A stretch of 64,000 nucleotides of DNA from Candidatus Moranbacteria bacterium GW2011_GWC2_40_12. GTDB taxonomy: Bacteria > Patescibacteriota > Minisyncoccia > Moranbacterales > UBA11712. This document shows positions 57,960-64,000 of this stretch, one piece after another; position 1 is the first letter of the stretch, and every line of letters starts with the position of its first letter. The translations under genes and the position numbers were made by a program. The stretch spans positions 362,848 through 426,847 of the forward strand of contig LBYD01000001.1 of NCBI GenBank assembly GCA_000995965.1, in the 5' to 3' direction. The notes under the pieces are model-generated. The model was not told where the DNA came from. It saw only the letters and a list, made by a program, of their open reading frames with translations, and made no database searches.

Positions 57960-59309
57960 TTATTTCTTCAGCCTCCTCTTTATCTCATCTATTACTTTCC
58001 CGGCGTCAATAATTTCCTGATTGCCGCTCGCCATGTCTTTCACAATCACCGTCTGGTCAATTGCTTCCTTTTGGCCGAGGATAAGCGTGATCTCAACGCC
58101 GAGGCGATCCGCCACTTTGAGCTGGGATTTGAGACTGCCTCTTCCAAAACTCTCTGCCACCCTGATCCCCGAGCGTTCCAGCCCTTCGAACATCTTAAGG
58201 CTTTTTTTCTTCGCAAAAACTCCAAGTTGCGCCAAAAAAACTCGCGGTTTCGGCTCTTTGTATATCCTGGCTCCCAGTTTTTTCATTTCGGCCGCCAGCC
58301 GGTCAAGACCCAGGCTGAAACCCACCGCCGGAGTATTTTCTCCTCCCAGCATTTTCACTAACCCATCATACCTGCCGCCGCCGCCAAGAGCATTTTTTCT
58401 TTTTTCTTCACCGCTTTCCGAAACGGACATGAATTCAAAAACCGTTTTCGTATAATAATCAAGCCCCCTCACGAGATTCGAATCCAGTTCGAACGGAATT
58501 TCGAGCTCCTCAAGATATTCCAGAAGCTCTTTGAAATGTGTCCGACATTCTTCACAAAGATGGTCTATCGACTGGGGCGCGCTTGCCCTCACTTGGACGC
58601 ATTTGTCCTCTTTGCAATCCAGAATCCGGAGAGGATTCGTTTCCAGCCTTCGCTTGCAATCTATGCAAAGTTTTTGTTTTTTCGATTCAAAATAATGAAT
58701 AAGAAGGTTCCGGTAGCTTTTTCGGCACGAGGGACAGCCGATGCTATTGACATTGACCCGGACGTTTTTTATCCCAAGCTGATAGATCACCCGCCAGCCC
58801 ATCTGGATCATTTGGGCGTCTATGACCGGATCCTGTTCCCCCAAGGCTTCACACCCGAACTGGAAAAATTCCCGGAATCTTCCTTCCTGCGGACGGTCGT
58901 AGCGATAGCAGGGGCCAGTGTAGTACAGTTTCACGGGCTTGGGAGACACATGCATGCCATGCTGTATATAGGCCCGGGCGATTCCGGCTGTGAATTCGGG
59001 CCGGAGCGACACTTTTTCGCCCCCTTTGGTCGAGAAAGAATACATTTCTTTGTCGATAATGTCCGTTCCCTCTCCGATGCTCCTTGAAAAAATGTTGGTG
59101 AATTCCACCAATGGAACATCAATCCGCCGATAACCGAAATCGGCCGCCGCTTTTTCGCTCACCCGCCGGACTTGCTGCCAATAAATCTGGTCAGCAGGCA
59201 AAATATCCCTCATCCCGCGCGGAGACTGGAGAAGCAGCTCTTCCTTCTCCGGTTTTGCAGCTTTTATCTTCCGTATTGATTTTTTCGAGATTTTTTTCTG
59301 GCGAGGCAT
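57960..59309 (-). CDS. hisS: histidine--tRNA ligase
   Basis: 449 aa class II aaRS with PRGMRD, YYTGPCYRYDRPQEGR and GGGGRYDGL motifs. Confidence 0.9.
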   Translation of the reverse strand: MPRQKKISKKSIRKIKAAKPEKEELLLQSPRGMRDILPADQIYWQQVRRVSEKAAADFGYRRIDVPLVEFTNIFSRSIGEGTDIIDKEMYSFSTKGGEKVSLRPEFTAGIARAYIQHGMHVSPKPVKLYYTGPCYRYDRPQEGRFREFFQFGCEALGEQDPVIDAQMIQMGWRVIYQLGIKNVRVNVNSIGCPSCRKSYRNLLIHYFESKKQKLCIDCKRRLETNPLRILDCKEDKCVQVRASAPQSIDHLCEECRTHFKELLEYLEELEIPFELDSNLVRGLDYYTKTVFEFMSVSESGEEKRKNALGGGGRYDGLVKMLGGENTPAVGFSLGLDRLAAEMKKLGARIYKEPKPRVFLAQLGVFAKKKSLKMFEGLERSGIRVAESFGRGSLKSQLKVADRLGVEITLILGQKEAIDQTVIVKDMASGNQEIIDAGKVIDEIKRRLKK

Positions 59310-59317
59310 TATTTTGA

Positions 59318-59455
59318 ATTTAGAATTGAGAATTTTGAATTGTGAATGGGAATATGGAATGAAGAATGTAGAATTATTTTAACTCAGAATTCTAAATTCT
59401 AGATTCTCATTCTCAATTCCAAATTCCAAATTCACAATTCTAAAAAAGCTGCGCT
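59318..59455. repeat. family B palindromic repeat, lepB-hisS spacer
   Basis: gaatttagaattgagaattttgaattgtgaatgggaat...attctcattctcaattccaaattccaaattcacaattc. The two halves are reverse complements. Confidence 0.65.
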
Positions 59456-60069
59456 TTTTTGAAAGGCCAAGCCCGGAGAAGCACTTTTCCGACCACATCC
59501 TTCTCAGGCACCGGCCCCCAGGAACGGGAATCAGAGCTGTAGTTCCGGTTGTCACCCAGCACGAAATATTCCGTTCCAGAAAGCAGGACGGACTGATCTC
59601 CGGAAGTTTCAACGCTCGGGGGAAGATACATGCTTTCGTCGAGAACAAATCCCTCCGGATTTTGGGAGTTATATATCGTCACATTTTTATCCCTGATTTC
59701 AATTTTCTCTCCCGGAAGGCCGATGACGCGCTTGATATAATACACTGACGGATTTTTCGGATAGCGGAAAACGACGACATCCCCGCGCCGGAATTCCTTA
59801 AAGGATTTCACGGTGAAAAGATTGATTCCCTTTTCGCCGTACGCGAATCCGACATTGGTTGTTTTGTATCCCAATTCATTGATAATGAGATATTCCTTGT
59901 CTTCAAAATTCGGCTCCATAGATGCTCCCTGCACAAAAAATGGCTGGATCAGAAACACCCTCAAAGGGACGATGATTACAATTACCCAAAATACCATTTT
60001 CACGAGTTCCCAGATTATTCCGCCGACTCCGGATTCTTCCGGTTGTGAGTTGTTTTTTTCTTCAATCAT
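59440..60069 (-). CDS. lepB: signal peptidase I
   Basis: VQGASMEPN (Ser box) and GDNRNYSSDSRSWG. Confidence 0.9.
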   Translation of the reverse strand: MIEEKNNSQPEESGVGGIIWELVKMVFWVIVIIVPLRVFLIQPFFVQGASMEPNFEDKEYLIINELGYKTTNVGFAYGEKGINLFTVKSFKEFRRGDVVVFRYPKNPSVYYIKRVIGLPGEKIEIRDKNVTIYNSQNPEGFVLDESMYLPPSVETSGDQSVLLSGTEYFVLGDNRNYSSDSRSWGPVPEKDVVGKVLLRAWPFKKAQLF

Positions 60070-60284
60070 ATCCTAATTTTACGCAAAAAGTAACAAAACT
60101 TGCTGATTTTTCGCAGTTTCAATGGAATAATAGCAGAAATTTTCAGCTGTGGCAAGCCCGGTAGCAGAAATTTGACCGATAATAATGATTAAACAAGATA
60201 TGTCACACGCGTAATTATTATAACGTTCATTTAAATATTATTTTTTGGCCATATCCTGAGTCAAATTTTCACTACCGGGCAAGC

Positions 60285-61844
60285 TTGGTGTATACTATCA
60301 TTATGCTAATTGAGAAAAACAACTTTCACGAGAGTCTTCCCCGCCGGCGAAAGGGCCGTTTTTTCTTTTGGCTTGTTGTCGCTTTGATATTTCTTGGAGT
60401 CGCTTTTTTGGCATCCGTGGCGTTTGCCTTTAAATTCTATTCCACAAGCAAGAAAGTTATCACCCGGGACGCGCCGGAGTCTTTTTTGGGAAGCATCCAG
60501 GATATTGCGTCCTCTCAAAAAAAAATATTGCGCGGAGAAAAAGACGGGCGGATCAATGTCCTTCTCCTCGGCCTTGCCGGCGAAAATTATCCCGGGGAAA
60601 ATCTCACTGACTCGATCATCATAGCGAGCATCAACCCGAAAACCTACCAAACCGCTATGCTTTCTATTCCGCGGGATTTATACGTAAATATTCCGGATAC
60701 CAATTCTTATACAAAGATCAACGCCCTTTACGCCCGCGGACAGGGCAGGCGCGGAAACGCGTCGGAAGGAATCAATGATTTGAAATCAGCTCTTTCGGAA
60801 ATAACCGGGCTTCCCATTCACTATTTCATCGCGCTTGATTTCGATGGATTCAGGAAAGTGATTGACGAGATGGGCGGAGTGAAAATTCAAGTTCCGAAAG
60901 ATCTGCACGATGAACGCTATCCGGGACCGAATTTCAGCTACCAAATTTTTGATATCAAGCAAGGCCTCCAGGTGCTTGACGGAGAGACAGCCCTGAAATA
61001 TGCCCGCACCCGTCACAACGAAGAGGGTGATTTTGGCCGGGCGTTCCGCCAGCAGCTCATTTTGAAAGCAGCGAGGCAAAAAGCTTTTTCCATTGAGACG
61101 CTCGTCAATGTTCCAGCCATAAACAAAATTTTGAACATTCTCGGCGACCACTTGCGAACCGACATACCGCTTGATGAACTGGAGACATTCTTGGATCTTT
61201 CCAGAAAAATTGACTCTCATCTCACAATCAACAAAGTGTTGGACGCGGGAAAATCAGACAGCCTGATGGCTGTCTCGCATGTGTTTCTCGGACACGTCAG
61301 GGCATTCATCCTCATTCCGCGCACGGGAAAATATGATGAGATTCAGGAGCTAGCCAAAGATATTTTCAATCTGGATCTCATCGAGCGAAAAAAAAGGGAA
61401 ATAAATAACGAGGAGGCGCGTGTGGCGATAATAAATCGAAGCGGTTTGGCCAATCTTGAAAAAAAATTATCAAGTCTTCTTGAAAAAATGGGTTATTCCG
61501 TTCAAACCGCCGCTTCGAGCAAAAAAATGGGCACCCGTCCCCAAACATCTGATGTTGGGAGCGCAAACAATTCGGTTATTTATGATATTTCAAAAACCAA
61601 GCCCTTTTCCCTCGAGGACCTCGCCAAAAAATTCTCGGCCGAAATTTCGCAAAATCCGCCCGCCGACCTTTCCGCCCAGTGCCGAAATACTGACCTTTGC
61701 CTTGTCGCCGGGTCAGACCTCACTGAAAATGTTGGCTACGAGGAAAATACTATTGAAGAGCTCGAGGAGGGTTATGACAAGCAAACTGTTGATGAGAGAG
61801 AATATATCGAACTGTTGAAGAAAGGGAGCAGCGCCAGGTTTTAA
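60285..61844 (+). CDS. LytR-CpsA-Psr (LCP) family protein
   Basis: RINVLLLGLAGENYPGENLTDSIIIASINP... is the LCP signature, with an N-terminal TM. Confidence 0.8.
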   Translation: MVYTIIMLIEKNNFHESLPRRRKGRFFFWLVVALIFLGVAFLASVAFAFKFYSTSKKVITRDAPESFLGSIQDIASSQKKILRGEKDGRINVLLLGLAGENYPGENLTDSIIIASINPKTYQTAMLSIPRDLYVNIPDTNSYTKINALYARGQGRRGNASEGINDLKSALSEITGLPIHYFIALDFDGFRKVIDEMGGVKIQVPKDLHDERYPGPNFSYQIFDIKQGLQVLDGETALKYARTRHNEEGDFGRAFRQQLILKAARQKAFSIETLVNVPAINKILNILGDHLRTDIPLDELETFLDLSRKIDSHLTINKVLDAGKSDSLMAVSHVFLGHVRAFILIPRTGKYDEIQELAKDIFNLDLIERKKREINNEEARVAIINRSGLANLEKKLSSLLEKMGYSVQTAASSKKMGTRPQTSDVGSANNSVIYDISKTKPFSLEDLAKKFSAEISQNPPADLSAQCRNTDLCLVAGSDLTENVGYEENTIEELEEGYDKQTVDEREYIELLKKGSSARF

Positions 61845-61861
61845 TTTGTTTTTGAAAATAT

Positions 61862-62425
61862 ATGAAGACAATTCTGATCGCCGGTCTTGGAAATCCCGGG
61901 AAAAAATATGAAAAAACCCGCCACAATTCCGGGTTTCTGTTCGCAGACTATTTTTTTGAAAATTTTCGCGAAGAATTCAAGTTTTCGGATTGGGAAGAAA
62001 AGAAAAAAATTAAATCTTTGGTTTCCGCAGGAAAATATGGCGAGAATAATATTATCCTCGCAAAACCGCAGACTTTCATGAATCTTTCCGGCGAGGCTCT
62101 TTCCGCAGCAAAAAAATATTTTATTCGAGGTTTCACCTCGAATAGCCTGATTGTCGTGCACGATGAAATTGATTTGCCCCTGGGAAGTTTCAGAATTTCG
62201 GCTGATTCCTCCTCGGCTGGCCATAAGGGTGTGCAGAATATTATTGATATACTCGGAACAAAAAATTTCACAAGATTACGGATCGGAGTTGACAACCGCG
62301 GGGATAAGGAGATTGCCACCGAAAAATACGTGCTTGGGAAATTTCTGCCAGCGGAGTTGAAACTGGCTAACAAAGTAATTTCAGAATCTTCTGAAGAAAT
62401 AAAACAACTTATCTCAAATTCATAA
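61862..62425 (+). CDS. pth: peptidyl-tRNA hydrolase
   Basis: MKTILIAGLGNPGKKYEKTRHNSGF... is the Pth signature. Confidence 0.9.
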   Translation: MKTILIAGLGNPGKKYEKTRHNSGFLFADYFFENFREEFKFSDWEEKKKIKSLVSAGKYGENNIILAKPQTFMNLSGEALSAAKKYFIRGFTSNSLIVVHDEIDLPLGSFRISADSSSAGHKGVQNIIDILGTKNFTRLRIGVDNRGDKEIATEKYVLGKFLPAELKLANKVISESSEEIKQLISNS

Positions 62426-62429
62426 AATA

Positions 62430-62530
62430 TCTAATTACTAATTTCTAATAATATTTCCAATGCTAAAATTTGAGATTTGGGAATTGGAATTATATTAGAA
62501 ATTTGATATTGGGAATTAGATATTTTTTGG
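62430..62530. repeat. family B-like repeat downstream of pth
   Basis: tttgagatttgggaattggaattatattagaaatttgatattgggaattag. Confidence 0.5.
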
Positions 62531-62877
62531 GGCATAAACTTTCCAAAAATAAAAAGCCCGCCATGAGCTTTATATTCAAATTATCACAAACCGCCCCTTA
62601 TGTTTTCTGTCCCGCCCAAAAGCGCTGGATTCGCCTACATTTGCAGGCTATCCAAACTTACCGACGATGCTTAAGGAGGGGTCACACCGCCTGACTTTCA
62701 GGCAGGACAGAAAACACAGCGTTGCTTTATATCAGCCTTTTTTTGAGTGAAGTCTTTCGTTTGAGGATTATTCACTGCGATAGATTATTATAGCAGAACC
62801 ATGGAATTTGTCAACACCGCGCTCCATACAAAAACCCACCGCCCAAAAGCGGTGGATTTAATTCCTTAAGCTTAATT

Positions 62878-63603
62878 CCTTAAGTTAAACTTTAGGAATC
62901 ACCTTAATCAAGGAAAATTTCTTGGTCCTGCTTTCTATCCTGGAAATCCAATATGTTTTCTTTTGCGTATTCTTCAAAATCTTTACCGCCTCTAAAATGT
63001 TCGGAAAAAATGCTATTTTTGACAAGATCGCTTTTCTTTACACCTGCATGATCCGCAAAACTGCACCACGGATAATTTTTCGCAGGACTCACTTTATGAA
63101 TTTCACTGTTGCAACTTGTATAAACCGCCATGCGCAGCAGAAGCCCGGTTGATGAAATATGCGACGACTTGAATGTTCCCTGAAACAATGACCCGTCCCG
63201 CTGATACTTTTTGTTGAAATATTTCGTATAACTGGTTCCCAATTTTTGCAAAAATCTTTCAATCCCCTTTTCGACATTCTGCTTCAAAACAAAATGATAG
63301 TGATTCGACATCAAGCAATAGCTAATAATATCAACGAGATATTCTTTCTTCCTAAAGTTAAGCTTTAGGAAGTCGTCCAGGTTTGCACTCTTCACGCATC
63401 TCTGATAATCGCGCCATCTAATCATCAGGCCATCTTTCTCGTCGTTCAGGAGATTCATCGACAATAGAAAACGGAAATAATCACGATCATCTGAAAATAC
63501 TTCGCGTTTATCCACGCCGCGATTATAAATATGATAATACTCGTGATTTACCAAAGGCTTCTTTCTCATGTCTTTTTTTCCTAAAGTTTAACTTAAGGAT
63601 AAC
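62878..63603. mobile_element. REPtron-like unit: Y1 transposase gene flanked by inverted REP-like repeats
   Basis: ccttaagttaaactttagga at 62878-62900 and its reverse complement tcctaaagtttaacttaagga at 63583-63603 flank the gene. Further copies lie at 63655-63700, 63345-63372 and 46468-46505. Confidence 0.55.
62904..63569 (-). CDS. IS200-like / REP-associated tyrosine (Y1, HUH) transposase family protein
   Basis: YCLMSNHYHFVL is the HUH motif of the Y1 transposase family. At 221 aa it is larger than canonical IS200 TnpA, consistent with a RAYT. Confidence 0.65.
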   Translation of the reverse strand: MRKKPLVNHEYYHIYNRGVDKREVFSDDRDYFRFLLSMNLLNDEKDGLMIRWRDYQRCVKSANLDDFLKLNFRKKEYLVDIISYCLMSNHYHFVLKQNVEKGIERFLQKLGTSYTKYFNKKYQRDGSLFQGTFKSSHISSTGLLLRMAVYTSCNSEIHKVSPAKNYPWCSFADHAGVKKSDLVKNSIFSEHFRGGKDFEEYAKENILDFQDRKQDQEIFLD

Positions 63604-63699
63604 AAATTTTTTAAGGATATGCAAAGAACGAGCACTACACTCGTTCTTCTTGACTTCCTTAAGTTAAACTTTAGGAATGGTTCAACTTTAGGAAGGGTT

Positions 63700-64000
63700 A
63701 GTGAAGCTCTATGTTGGGAAGCGGTAGCACTAAAACTCTACTCGGAACACACATACGCCTCACCAAGATTGTGGACGAGCCACTGACTGTTGAGGCAACC
63801 ACCCCCTGGCGGACGAAACAGGAAGTAGGTGGTGTGGCTGCAGGCGCCCCAGGAACCGAGGTCATATATCTGCGTAAATTTAGCGTCGGGGCAATGCCCT
63901 TGCGCACCTCCATGGTCAGTGCATATATTAGGTGGCGTAGGCAGGGCATCGGAAGAAAGATTGCAGTAGTAGGTAAAAGATGCTCCCCCCCCGCTCGCCA
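63700..64000. other. GC-rich (~55%) non-coding segment running off the window end; possible partial structured RNA or foreign DNA
   Basis: No plausible ORF on either strand. GC content is abruptly higher than the flanks. Local hairpins such as ggggcaatgccc are present. It is adjacent to the REPtron. Confidence 0.25.

Noticed and set aside
60306-60650. 114-aa minus-strand ORF
   Set aside because: Antisense within the well-supported LCP gene.
63698-63949. 83-aa minus-strand ORF in the GC-rich terminal segment
   Set aside because: Pro/Ala/Val-rich translation typical of a GC-rich non-coding frame, with no start context. The segment is better treated as non-coding.

Overview
The window has standard genetic code and AT-rich intergenic DNA. 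Compact translation genes and many small hypothetical secreted or membrane proteins fit an uncultivated Patescibacteria/CPR-like bacterium; the lineage is an inference. The first ~15 kb of the minus strand carries a contiguous str-S10-spc ribosomal superoperon: rpsL-rpsG-fusA-[small Phd/YefM-like ORF]-tuf-rpsJ-rplC-rplD-rplW-rplB-rpsS-rplV-rpsC-rplP-rpmC-rpsQ-rplN-rplX-rplE-rpsZ-rpsH-rplF-rplR-rpsE-rplO-secY. No rpmD (L30) gene is present in this operon. Several r-proteins carry K/E-rich extensions, and L24 has a Cys4 C-terminus. Downstream of the superoperon are a site-2 protease and rpmB. A block of secreted Cys-rich and repeat proteins includes two paralogs sharing an unusual conserved N-terminal module. 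An ECF sigma / anti-sigma / beta-propeller module follows, then a promoter-to-terminator transcription unit (about 26.3-26.8 kb) that looks non-coding. Next are an M23 peptidase, a pyrD-like gene, tRNA-Pro(GGG) and a GC-richer island of small hypothetical and zinc-ribbon proteins. The remaining genes are glk-like ROK kinase, M24 peptidase, fhs-folA-thyA, an extended adenylate-kinase-like protein, a CapA lipoprotein, a split comEC, ApbE, nrdG-nrdD-nrdR, ftsZ-ftsA, dgkA, ybeY, rpsU, HIT, hisS, lepB, an LCP protein, pth and an IS200/RAYT-like Y1 transposase flanked by REP-like inverted repeats. Three families of dispersed AT-rich palindromic intergenic repeats occur at more than 20 sites, plus a conserved 21-bp palindrome present three times.
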